A stretch of DNA of 64,000 nt from Podarcis bocagei. Its lineage: Eukaryota. The translations under genes and the position numbers were made by a program. The DNA is taken from NCBI GenBank assembly GCA_964188305.1, contig OZ076887.1. One strand, given 5' to 3'. Shown piece after piece: positions 27,563-40,913 of this stretch. Below the pieces are notes generated by a model. That model searched no databases. It had not been told where the DNA came from and saw nothing but the letters and a program-made list of their open reading frames with translations. Position 1 is the stretch's first letter. Every line of letters starts with the position of its first letter.

Positions 27563-28804
27563 CATAAAATGGTTTTATACCAATCAAGACTTTGACTAGC
27601 TGTTCAGCTAATCTCTTTTGAGCAGTTGACTGGCCTCCCTCTCCTCTCCTGGACAGGGTTTCTCAGTCATTTGGGAATAGAGAGCCCTTGGAGTGTCTAA
27701 AGATAAATACATGACACATTCTGGAAAATAGCTCCCTGGAGGGCATGAAATCTAACAAGATAAACTAAGAACATTGCTCTTATATAAACATTTCAAGGCA
27801 TTTAAGGGGAGAAAGAGGAAAAAATTACCCCTCTAGCAAAATCTGTAAACTGTCGCTGAATAAACATTTCCAGTGACTACAGTAAAACATCTTTCAACTT
27901 GAAGATGACCTTTGAGGGAATAAATGTGCCTATTAATTCCTGAGCAATGTTGGAGTGAGCATCATGTTGTTATAAAATAGAAATACAATTTATAGATTGT
28001 ATGCCAAATGTTCATTCACACGTGTGTGGCGTTTTTTTTGAGGGGGGGAAAGACATTAATAGGCTTTGAGGGGGGCCAATATGGTTCTCCTCCATACCAA
28101 TTTGTATTCCTTTTCTCTCTCTTTTTCTTTCTTTTTAGTGTGGCTAATGTCTGTTTGCTACCACTGTTTCCCCTGACTACTGCATTTTCAGTGCCATTTT
28201 ATGTCCTCCTTTCCTTGAAATGATCCCAACCAATCAGTAAGTGCAGTGATGTTGCTGAATGCAGACGAAGCTGAGGCAGAGCGAAGTCAGTGCACCCTAA
28301 AGAGGTCACTTGGCTGAGCCAAATGATACAGGAACAGATTGCTTATCCTCTAAGTTAGCAGGCCACTTTAGAAGGTGCAGAGTCTCACCCCCACTACTAT
28401 TCCCCAAAGAATACTCCCCAAATGATCATGCTCATTTCATACAGCCTCTTGCTTCTAGGTTGGCAACTGCCGGGGGAGCAAATAGAGTCCCTAAAGTGGC
28501 CAGAATTATCCCAGGGGCCACCAGTTGCTGATCCTTAGTATAAAGCATTAGTGCAACATCCCGCAGTGCTGCTGAGCGTCAGAAACAAACCCTAATAAGC
28601 ACCAGTTCCTTGTTGCTCTCCATCTATTGCCATCAGAATATGGCTTAGTCACAATGAATATTTGCCATGCTGGTGGTTTCCTCAGCACTAGGTTTATGTG
28701 CCTTCTCATACCGCTCTAGGAGCTTTCCAGGTGGCATCACTCTGTATCCTTGAAAATTTTAGCAAATGGTAGGAAAATACACAAATTCTAAATCCAGGAA
28801 ATGA

Positions 28805-29224
<420 letters not shown>

Positions 29225-29987
29225 TAATATTGGACTGGGAACTGGTGGTTGTTTTGTCTTGCACTGCCTACCCAGAGCAAAGTCATTTTGCCCAGTGTAA
29301 AAGGAAGTAGTGGTAGATGAGGCAACTCTGAGCACCACTTCTGGTTTCTGATCAGGTGCAAGGTACAGGGAGCTCAGCACAGTGCGGGTTTGAAGAAGTA
29401 TTTGGAATCAAACATGTTTCTAGCCGTTAATACTACAGTTGAATGAAACAGCAACCAATGTTCTGTTTCAGTTTTGGATTTATCCAGTGGCTGCAAAAAG
29501 AAATCGCAAACTACAAAACACCAACGTTATATTATTTGGTGTTTTAAAACTTGCTAACATATTAATGACCACATGCCAATGTCTCTGAAAATAGATTGAT
29601 CTAGTTTAAGATTAGGTTAGTGGGTTGGTGATTTCCAGCTTTGTGAAAGCTCAAGAAAAGACTACCAGCTGCATTGGCTCAAAGCCAGCCGAAGAGAAAA
29701 TAACATATCACAAATGCAATGTGGAATGTAAACAACTAATCCCAATGAAGTGAATAAAGAGCGTATTGTAAGCTGTGAAGGTTGCTGCTGGACATGGACA
29801 GGTGGAGCACCTACAAGGTAATTCTGATAACCTGTGTGAAGGTGTGTCTGTTTGGGAGTTGCCAGTAGGCTTAGCTTTCTGCTTCAGTGCAGAAGTAGAA
29901 GAAGTGTCAAAGAGTGTACTGTTGAAAGAAGTTAGGATGGGGTGTGAATTTTCCTGTGCTGACATCACTCCTCTCCTACAAAGAGTT

Positions 29988-30013
29988 GAAAGAAGGAAGG
30001 AAGGAAGGAAGGA

Positions 30014-30061
<48 letters not shown>

Positions 30062-30068
30062 GAAAGAA
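29988..30068. repeat. (GAAG)n(GAAA)n tetranucleotide microsatellite
   Basis: Direct reading. Confidence 0.95.
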
Positions 30069-30337
30069 ACTGCCAGAAGTTAAAGGAGAGGCTAAAAAAA
30101 GCCCTCTCCTTTCTTTTCACACCTTTTTCACCTCCCTGCCCCAATTCTGTAACTGAAAGTTCTTTTCAAATAAAATTTTGGCTGAGTGATATTTTTCAAA
30201 TAGTTGAAAAAAGAAGGAAAGTCTTGATGGGCCTTTCTTGGCTTCAGAGGAACTGTCTCCCCTAACAGGATCTTTTTGCCCCTTGGTGATGGAGACAAAG
30301 GGCAGGTAGGGGAGTAAATAAGTGTTCAAATGGATGA

Positions 30338-30478
<141 letters not shown>

Positions 30479-30539
30479 TGATATGTTTTCGGAATGTAGT
30501 TTGAAATTGTTTGTGGCCTAATGATAAAATAGGTACGTA

Positions 30540-30710
30540 CCGTACTTTTCCGTGTATAAGACTATGTTTTTACTGTAAAATAATGTTTAAAGTATGGGCT
30601 CGTCTTATACACGGATAGTATCTCCCCCCCCCCCCATTTTCTTAAATTGGAGTCCCCCCAAATAGGGGGCTTGTTATACATGGGGGTGCCTTATAGATGG
30701 AAAAATACGG
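30540..30710. mobile_element. Tc1/mariner-superfamily (pogo/Tc2-like) MITE
   Basis: TIR ccgtacttttcc / ggaaaaatacgg; TA on both sides; internal gtcttatac repeats. Confidence 0.75.
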
Positions 30711-33214
30711 TATGTTAGTGTTAGAAATGGAAAATAATTTCACGAAAATAGAGTTCAGAAGTCACCAAGCCATTGAAAAACCATCCTTGTCACCCTCAAA
30801 TTTCACCTTGGCTTGTAATGGCTCAGCACCAACTCTCTCATCTGCCAGTTCCCCTCCTCCCCTTCCTTTCATAATGTACCAAATTGTTAGAGATATATGC
30901 ATGTGGGGTGGAGGGGAAGCAGTCTATGCTAAAGCTGAAGGCTGCTCACAAACCGTTGCAGAATTTCTTCCAATGAGAACTCTGGAAACATATTTTAAAT
31001 TCCTTCTAATTCATTTACCGGGAGGTGGGGTGGATTCTATGATTTCCAGAGTTCCTGTTGAGTGTGGAGGGTCCAAGCATGCTCAGAAACCTTCATTGCT
31101 GAGAGCAGAAAAGTTATGGAGGGCCTCTCGGCTGCTCTTTTTCCATACTTTCCCAGACTTACAGGTTGGGTAGGAGGAAGAAAGAAAACTGGCAGATGAG
31201 AGGCCTACTAATGCTACAAAGCTGGAGAGGCTTTCAGCTGCCTTGCTGTCAATTGTGTGTGTGTGGCTTTTTCTAGCCGCCATAACCAATTTCTCCATAT
31301 GCATTTCCCTAGATGCTAAGATCATCAGAGGCAGTCCTGCTTTGCATGCTGTTGTCATTTGAGAAGAAGGACCTTGCATATTGTAATACCTATCTTACAG
31401 TATGCCTTTCCTTGAGAGGTCCATTTTTTTGAATCCTTTAGGTGGTTAAAATGATTTTTAAAAACCTTTGAAGTATCTGGTGGCTGCTACTGAGTTTAAT
31501 TGGTAACTCAACTACCCAAATCATTTGTTTTTTTATCAGTCTCTCAGTATAGCTGGGGCAGAATTATTGTGTTCAGTCTTGAAATTGTATTGGAATTGTC
31601 CTCCTTTTGGCACTTCTGAATTATAGCAATAACACACCCATACTGGGAGGAGATACAAGCAAAGATCTTGGCAGAGCAACTCCCGCTTCATTAATCTGTT
31701 CAAACAAAAGCAGTGACACCCAATATAGGGAAATGGGGCTTTATATGATAGTCCACTGGGTTTATTAAAGTCTCCATTAAAGTGAGTGTATCATCGTTTC
31801 AGTCAGAGATTACTGATGTCAAGCTGTTCCTTACAAACCAAGTGGCTTTTAATAGAGAAGCATGGGTATAGGAATACATAGGGGTGGGATGATTATTTTT
31901 CTTTGGCACAGAAACATGTGCACCACCAGCCAATATCATTTGTGTTTTCTCTGAACCCCACAGGCTGAAATAAATACATATCATAAAAATAGCTCCTTGA
32001 CCACTGGCAATATTTCTGTAATTGGGCAAACACAAACTGGAAGATGGAGCTTGACTAAAACCATGTGTTCATGATTATGTCCATATTGTGAGGGGACTCT
32101 GATTTGGGGAAAGCAAGTTACCAAGGCCAGTTGTAGCTCTGAATAACAAGCATTTAGGATTGGGCATATGTATACCTCTCCAAAGTGGATTTCCAAGCTA
32201 TCGTTTAGGTGAAAGTAAAGCTAAGAAAACTAGGATAGATATATTTCAATGCATTCAAATGCTGATGATTTAGCGAAATATATGCTAAAAGGAATACAAC
32301 AACAATAGGTAGATGCATGGATTTCCATTGCTTTAATGTAAGATTTAAATGCTTATTATTGTCCTGCATTTGTAAATCCTAATCTGTTTGCAAGACCTTA
32401 TATCTGAGGAACTGAACAACTCTGCAAGTCTTGCAAAGCCCTCTGCAGGTGCCTGCACATCACTTTTGGCTGAGCCATATATTTACCTGCTCCACGCCTG
32501 GGAACATATATCACATCATGGGGAGATGTAGGGGGCATAGTTAGGCTCTTGGGCTGGAGGTTCCTCACCTCTGAAACATAGGCGTGATCCTGTATTGTGA
32601 GCAAGACAACTACATCATTCAGTCTTCCAGTTGATGATAGGGAAGGGATGAGCACTTACTTGGAATTTAACAGGGTAACTGTCATATTGGCAGCTGTTTC
32701 TGTAACAGCATCCAGGCTATGGAGCACCTTCCCCATATATATTTACTGGGCACCAAATTTAATATATTTTAGGCACCAAGTGAAAGCTGTTTTATTTAGC
32801 TGAGCTTTGGGTGGGACTTAACTGTGGATAGTTCTTTAATTATGCCATTTATTCTGGTGGTTTCTGTTTGAGGTGGGTTTTGATTATTTTCTGTTTCATA
32901 TTTGTATTTGGTTTGAAATATTGGGAATGTTATGTCTGAATGGAATATCCGTTGAACTCCTATATTAAGCTCACCAGGGAATGAACTTAATGGAAGTGAA
33001 CTTCTGAGTAGACATGTATAGGATTATGCTGTTAGATCTTTTTTACCTAAGCTACCTTGACTACCATTTGATAGCAAGGTGAGATAGAAGCAAAGAATCA
33101 TAAAGTTGGAAGGGACCCAAGGGTCATCTAGTCCAACCCCCTGCAATGCAGAAATCTTTTTTAAGAAAAGAAATCAAGGCCATATATCCAACTATATAAA
33201 TCAGCATGATTTCA

Positions 33215-33456
33215 CAGTGGTACCTCGGGTTACATACACTTCAGGTTAAAGACGCTTCAGCTTACAGACTCCGCTAACCCAGAAATATTGCCTCGGGATA
33301 AGAACTTTGCTTCAGGATGAGAACAGAAATCATGCAGTGACAGCACAGTGGCAGCAAGAGGCCCCATTAACTAAAGTGGTGCTTCAGTATAAGAACAGTT
33401 TCAGGTTAAGAACGGACCTCCAGAACGAATTCAGTTGTTAACCCGAGGTACCACTG
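33215..33456. mobile_element. Tigger-like MITE
   Basis: Perfect 18-bp TIR cagtggtacctcgggtta / taacccgaggtaccactg; TA on the right side. Confidence 0.85.
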
Positions 33457-35132
33457 TAGTATGTTTAGTACCTGATTCAACTCTCACCAACTAAAATTAA
33501 GGGCTCCTTTTGTGTCCAGTTCCTAGTTTCTCTCTGGTGCTATGAAATCACTTTTTAAAATGTGTTTTTAGAAACAGTAATTAAGCTGAGTGATGTTTTT
33601 AACATCTTGACTCTGGAGGGAGCCATGGTAGAACATTGCTGTTTGGAATAAATTCAAGCAGTTGCAGTTAAATTAAGCACTTGTTTTACACAGTTGTGTG
33701 GTGATGTATTTTCATAGGAGAATTAATTATATTACCACTTGCGTGTTCACATTCAAACACAACATTGCCTTGCCTTTCCAGCATTCTGGTCTATGACAGA
33801 AAGCTTCGAAGGGAAGATTTGTGATGGTGTCTTCTCTGGCTTTCCCGGAAAATAATTCATTTCCAGTTGTTGGAATTGGAAAGTGTATACAAATAGAATG
33901 CGATTTGCCAAATATGACCGTAAATCATTCAGCATTTCATTGGCTGCTTAAATTAACCCACAGCTCTAAGCCACAATATCTACATTGATTCTGGTGGTTT
34001 TTTTGTCCAGCCTGTGTCTGCACCAGAAGAGTCCTTGGGGCGCAAGCAAATCAGGATGAATTCCCATTTTCCTATAAGGACCCCTGGGGTAAAATAGTGC
34101 ACATGTCTATCGTCACACATGGAAATGTGCAAAACTTTTGATTACAGGAGTGTATGAAATGGTGCATGTGTGAAATGGTTGTCAGGGTGGAACTGGATGC
34201 TATGAGACCTGCCACCACTCTGTGTGTCTCTCCCTTCCATCCAAATTACTTAAAACATTAGCAGAAGGTGCCATGAGTCGTCAGCACATTGTTCATTGCT
34301 TCTTCTCCCACCAACAGCCAATGAAGCAGAGTGGAGCAGCATGCGGGGCAATGATGTTACCTGCGCCACACATTGCATCAAGCTTGATGGTAAAAGGGGA
34401 AGAGGTACAGCAGTAGCAGTCAGCTCTGTGTCTCTTGTGACGCCTAGTTCCTCCTTCAAGCAATGATTTCAAAGCAGCAATATAAATAAGTGCATGGCTG
34501 AGTGCCTAGAAAGCAGCATGGGATTGCTATTTGTTTTCCATTTCAAAAAAAGAAAGAAAGTCCATTGGCAGTTCAGACTCCTGTTTTGTTGTGGGCAAGT
34601 CATAGGACTTGGATGTTAAGAGCTCCTGGCAAGCCTGAAGACTTCTAGCGTACGAGCCACTTGGAGCTCTCTTCTAGGATTTAAGCAGACCCAAGTGTTT
34701 GCATAATCACACCACTTAATTTTGTGCTCTCATGCATGGAAATTAAGCAGCTGTGCAGCTGCCAAGCGGCTTTCTCATCAACTCAGTCTCTGGTCTCACA
34801 AAGCTCTGTGGCCCATCTTCACATCCATTTAGAACACCATGAGGAAGTATTTGTGGCCCTTAGTGATTCCCATTGGGCATGGCTAAACTGCTCAGTCAAA
34901 TAAACCTCACTCGGCTTTTTTGTAAATTAAATTTGGGGGCACTCTTTTCTCCCCTTAAAAAATATTGTGTCCATTCTTAGGAATGTAGGAAGCTGCTTGG
35001 TATTGTCCTCACTCAGAAGCAGCAGCTCTCCAGGGTTTCAAATTTTCCTTATCCCCTCCTGGAACTCCCAAGGATTGACTTTCCGCATGCAAGGCAGACA
35101 CTTTGCCTCTGAGTTATCATATCAGAATCAAC

Positions 35133-35498
35133 TGAAATATACTCAGAGTCGAGAGTGGATTTCATGCTCTTTATTCAGCTCATAGTGATGAGGAGGAATG
35201 AAAGTTTCCCCAAAATATCTGCTTTATATACATTATTTACACAATGGGCTGCACGTGATTGGCTAATTCCGGGATTCTCCTATAGGCCAATCAGGTTGTA
35301 GATTCACTTCTACCTGGAGCTGGATTGGGTGGCTCCTGTGGACCAATCATACTGCTGCATTGCTCTAGGACCAATCAGACTGCTGCATTCTGAATCCTAT
35401 TGTTCTATGACCAATCAGACTGCTGCATTCTGAATCCTATTGTTCCAGGACCAATCAGACTGCTGCATTTTGGATCCTATTCAACTCAGTACATAACA
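35133..35498 (-). mobile_element. Solo LTR (ERV-like) with tandem CCAAT repeats
   Basis: TG...CA ends; exact 5-bp TSD tcaac (35128-35132, 35499-35503); minus-strand TATATAAAG (35222-35230) and AATAAA (35170-35175). Confidence 0.85.
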
Positions 35499-36620
35499 TC
35501 AACCATCTTGGCTCTGTCTTGTACCAGAGCCTGAGATTCTTGCAGTAAATATGTTATAATTTAGACCAGAAGCAGGCAACTTGTGGCCTTCCAGATGTGG
35601 CTGAACTCCCATCAACTTTAGCTGTTGGCCATGCTTTCTGGAGCTGATAGGAAGTGTGGCTCTGCAGCAACTGGGTGGTGACATCATCCCCGCCCCCGGC
35701 ATAGACATTCATCATGGTGGACAATCATTCGGCAATAGCTGCTGCTAGAGAGAGGCTGTCTGCAGTGGTGCTGGGTGGACAGGCAGTCGCACCTGCTCCT
35801 TCCACTCTGAGCAAAAAGTATCCTCCTAGGTCACTTCAACAGCTCTTGCTCCTTGGTAGCTTTTGAATTCAAAGTGCACAGAGCCATATCGCCATCCCTC
35901 ATCACTTCCCCAGATTTGGGGGGCATGAAAGGTGGCGCTGGAGGCCTTGGGCAACTTTTCCTCTCTTGCCATATACTACTTCAAAGGGATATGGTGGAGA
36001 TAACATGAGATAATCCCCTATATAACACTCTGAGTTCCTTGGGGGCAAGGCAGCCTACGAATCTGATAGACAGAGAAATGAAATGTGGTGGGCTCCCATC
36101 CCAAGGTTAAGGGGATATAGCTGGTTGCTTTGAATCCTAGCTTGCACTCCTTGAGCTGCGGAAAGCCCATTCAGCCGCAGAAAAGAATGAGGGCCTATGT
36201 TTAAACCGCTGGTGAATGTTTCCACATTGCAATGGACTGTGTCAGGGAAACAAAGGGGAAGAAAAGAAAACATAGCTCTCCTCCGTTCCAAGCTTTTATG
36301 TGGTTTTCGTCTGCCACAGCTAGGATTACATGGAGAAGAAAGTTATGAGGGGGTTGTTTTTATTTTCCCTGCAGGCATCACACGGCCCTTAATTACATTC
36401 AGATCAGTTTGCAGACAAGTGGAAAAAATAATTAAACGTTGGTCATGAGAAAAGGAGATAGAAAGACTTGTGGCATAAAGATCTATAACTCTGTTGATGT
36501 TTGCTGTGTGCCAGATAGGGACAGAGGAATAATTCAGATGACACCATCTACTAAAAAACAAACAAACAAACAAACAAACAAACAAACAAACAAACCTTTA
36601 AGCAATCCCTTCTTCTTTGT

Positions 36621-37070
36621 GAGAACATAAGAAGAATCCTGCTTGATCAGTACAAAGCTGTCATCCTGTTCTCGCAGTGGCCACCCAGATGCCTATGGGA
36701 AGTTAGCAAGCAGGACATGGGTGCAAGAGCACTCTCCCCCTATTGATCCCTAGCGACAGGTATTCAAAGCCATGCTGCTTCTGACACTGGAAATCCTATC
36801 TGTCCTTGATGAATAGCCAATGATAGCCTTGTCCTCTATGAATTTGTCTACCCTCTTTTCAAGCCTTGGTGGACCCAACTGAATACATGCCTCCATTGTG
36901 AGAAATGCCCATTTCGTCCTACTCTTGGCTTCCGGTTCTTTAACTGGTTACCAGTCAATAAGATGTCTCCTCTTCCCAATAGTTTTGCTCATGAGGGAGT
37001 CTATCAAAAGCTTTTTAAAAGTCCGAGTAAACAGTGTCTACACGCACACCCAAACCACATGCCTGATGAC
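36621..37070 (-). mobile_element. Old CR1-type LINE 3' fragment; related tails near 18790-18920 (+) and 56205-56321 (+)
   Basis: agaacataagaag...gatcag...catcctgttctcgcagtggcc tail pattern recurring in the window. Confidence 0.55.
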
Positions 37071-37337
37071 ACTTTTTGAATTGCTGCTGCTGCTGTGAGT
37101 GAAACTTGATTCTAGTATATTGGCCTTCAACTTGGCTTCATCTGAAGTGGTTCTCACCAGGTTAGAAATGCATAATGAAAAAAATGGAGTGGGTCCCAGG
37201 ATACTGTACATGTTAGAGCTAAAGCTGGGTTTCAGGTCTGGGTTTCAGGTAGGTCAGAGTTTGATGATGATGAAGAAAACGAATAGCTTATTTTTCATTA
37301 TTTTACAATACCCATAGGCATATGTAATTAATTAATA

Positions 37338-37578
37338 CAGTGGAACCTCAGTTTTAGAACGTAATCTGTTTCAGATGACTGTACAACTTCCAAAACGTTC
37401 AAAAACCGAGGATCAATGGGCGGTTGGCAAAATCCATTGAAAAAATGGAGAAACGCGCCTCGGAAGCCATTTGACTTCTGAGGTGCGTTTGAAAACGGAA
37501 GCAATTACTTCCGGGTTTTTGGCATTTGGGTTCCAAATTGTTCGGCTTCTGAGACACTCGAAAACCGAGGTTTCACTG
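37338..37578. mobile_element. Tigger-like MITE
   Basis: TIR cagtggaacctcagtttt / aaaaccgaggtttcactg; TA TSD on both sides. Confidence 0.8.
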
Positions 37579-39945
37579 TACAGCAATATTTTTAAAAATC
37601 AAATAACCAGAACTATGCACTGAGTGGAATTCAAAGTACTGGTTGGACCTGGGTACCTGAAGATTTGCCTATCTTCTCCAGGTACCCTTGCTGAGTGGAA
37701 TATGGCAGGTGCTTTCTTAAGGAAGCGCATCTCTAGGAAGAATATTCCACACTTGTTGCTCCATCACCAAGAAGGATAGCATCCCTGTCACCACATGCCA
37801 GGACTATAACTCAGTGACTATGAGGCTAATAAATAAAGGGCATAGGCATGTACAGAACACCTATACCTTCCCAGTGTTTAATACAACAGCATTCATTAGT
37901 TTTTGCATTATATTATTCCTAGTAATGGTGGTGGATGATTAATAAATGTAGATTATATATTGATATTTCTTGATTTTATTTCATTTACATTCCTAAGAAG
38001 TGGGGTAGGGGTCGATGACAACTTTATATGCTCGACAAGGGGTCAATGAATGCAGAAGCTTGTGAAACCCTGATGTAGACGATGCTGAGCTTTTTGGGCC
38101 AATGACCTAACTCAGCATAAGTCAGCTTTCTATGTTCCTAACAAGGGCAAAGACACCCAGAACAGGGTTATGAAGACCCTAAAGTATGAGCAGGTTCCTG
38201 AGAGGAAAGAGGAAATATACAGCAATAGGAAAGGAGCATGTCTATAAGACACACACAGCAAGGATGATCCTAGTTTGAAACCACCAAAAGTCGCCCTCCC
38301 AGGGTTTGCATAACCACTTCTAACCCCATGGATTTTCTGTCATATTTCCATTGGCACTAGAAGCAACGCAATGGAACACAATGGAATTTTTGGTTATTAT
38401 AGCAAGTTAGTCCTTTTCTTTGGGGATATAAGAATACGCAGGGGATTAGCTTTTCAGATAGTTGAGGGTGGCATGATAGGACCACTATTGCATACTTCTA
38501 CACACTCATTTCATAAAGAATCATATATTTTGTATTCTTACTGGGTTGTTTGTGTTTTTTGCAGCACATGCCATAAGCATTGTCTCCTCTATCATACCAC
38601 CTTCCGCTCTCTGAAAAATGCCTTGTCTCCAGCCTCAGTAATAGCCTGGAGGCCTAGGACTCGGAACGGTAATTGTCTTAGGTTTTTCTAGGCAATGCAG
38701 CATTTAACCTAGTTAGAAGCTGAAAGGAATATTGCCAAGGGAAATAATCCAAGTTTTGGTGGCATTTTCCCTGCCTGAGCCAGTCAGTTAGGAAGGTCAT
38801 GTGGTTTGAAGCCTTCAGGGGATGCTGTTCTTTTGGCAAAACTTGCATTTGGATAAGAAGCAAATGAAGTAGCCAAATCGATGCTGGTAATTAGAGAATG
38901 CCAGTGGTTTTTTCTTGTTGGGGTGGGAAGTGTGTGTGTGTGTGTGTCTGCAAGTGCAGGATCCAGCAAGACTTGTTTTAATAGCACCCAGTGACCTGAA
39001 CTCACAGTATCCAGGTCTCTGTTGACTATGCAGCAGAAGGTGGTTCCCGCGCTGCTACTCTGACTCCTCCCTCAATACTCTGACCTATCACCTGGAGTTG
39101 CAAATAGAGTTCCTTGATGCATGTCAGGTGATAGATTTTCTGCAGCCTCCCCCTATTGGATCAGAGGGCCATTTATCATAGCACCCCCAATGCTCTATTC
39201 ATATTAAAAAATGCAACATAAATTAAACAGTTCTCCAAGCAATATGTGCTTTGAGTAATTAGGGTTGGGGTTTTTTTTACTATTGACATTTTGGTTATGG
39301 TACAATAATAAAATGAGCAGATCATCTGGCCCATTGCCTTTGTACCATTCACAGGGTTTCATGCGGCTAGTAGTATATGCAATTGTAGTGACAACACAGT
39401 GGAAACTCTTGCTTCCATTGTTATTTTCTTTGAGTGTTTCCTGGTGGGTGGGGAATTCTGCATGCTGCTTAATCTTCTCTTGCCCTGTGTGAGGTGGAAG
39501 GAACCAGTATCTGGCTTCTCCAATGTGGTTGTAGTGGTTGGCTTTAGCTTGCACCTTTTGTGTTCTGATTATCTGTGAATCATTCTTCTGCACTGAGCAT
39601 GAGTTTACAGCTACAGCTGTAGTATTTCTCCACTTCAGGATAACAAGTTACATGCTGTAGTGTATTTTCTGATGTTTTCTTTTTAAGCTCCTTTGTAATT
39701 TTGACAGCAGATTCAGCTCCATTGAAATTGACTGTTGTACAGGGAAGTAGTCGCATTGCGAAATTCCTAATCTTCGGTAAACTGGGGGTTTATTAAATTG
39801 ATAGCTTGTGGTCCACTATTCAGAATCTCAGCCTGGACTGAGAAGTGTTTCAGTTAAACACATTGTAAATTTAAACAGGGAAAACAGGTAGAGAAAAATG
39901 GGACTCTATGTCGCCAACTGGTGGGGCAAAGTTCTATTGCATATA

Positions 39946-40316
39946 AAAAAGGTAAAAGTAAAGGACCTCTGACAGTTAAGTCCAGTCGTGAACGACTCTG
40001 GAGTTGCAGCACTCATCTCACTTTACTGGCCGAGGGAGCCAACGTTTGTCTGCAGACAGTTTTTCCGGGTCATGTGGCCAGCATGACTAAGCCGCTTCTG
40101 GTGAAACCAGAGCAGTGCATGGAAACGCCATTTACCTTCCCGCCGGAGCGGTACCTATTTATCTACTTGGACTTTGACATGCTTTCGAACTGCTAGGTGG
40201 GCAGTAGCTGGGACCGAGCAACAAGAACTCACCCTGTCGCGGGGATTCAAGCCGCCGACCTTCCGATCGGCAAGCCCTAGGCTCAGTGGTTTAGACCACA
40301 GCACCACCCGCGTCCC
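39946..40316 (-). mobile_element. Full-length Sauria SINE (BovB-mobilised)
   Basis: Reverse complement closely matches the 55440 copy; (ACCTTT)-type tail; ~13-bp TSD tctattgcatata / tctatcgcatata. Confidence 0.92.
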
Positions 40317-40727
40317 ACTCTATCGCATATACAACACATATAAATCACTTTTTCTTTACCAGTCTAGCTGAGTCCAAAGTCTGCCAAGTCTGTAAACTGA
40401 CACATGCCTTTGTCTCTCTCTGGTTACCTTTAGTATCTGGTAGTCTACCCAGTTACCCAGAACCTGGTATGAAGCAATTACTGCTACATTTTGGAAAGAA
40501 ATGCATCTTGACCTTCCTTCAAGCCCAATAGTCCAGCTAGCTATAAATTCTGATCTGCACTATTGGAAATCTATAGGGTGCAGTATGATAGTTTCCTCAT
40601 CATAATTGTGGACTTAGATCTAGATAAGCTATTTTACTACAATGTAAATTGTGACATTTCCTTGTATGGTGAACTGCAAGGGCCAATGCGCTTTAGATAC
40701 TATGTCACACAGCGACTATCTGTTTGA

Positions 40728-40913
<186 letters not shown>

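Noticed and set aside
35340-35480. Regularly spaced direct repeats resembling a CRISPR array
   Set aside because: Eukaryotic context, no unique spacers; these are LTR U3 tandem repeats
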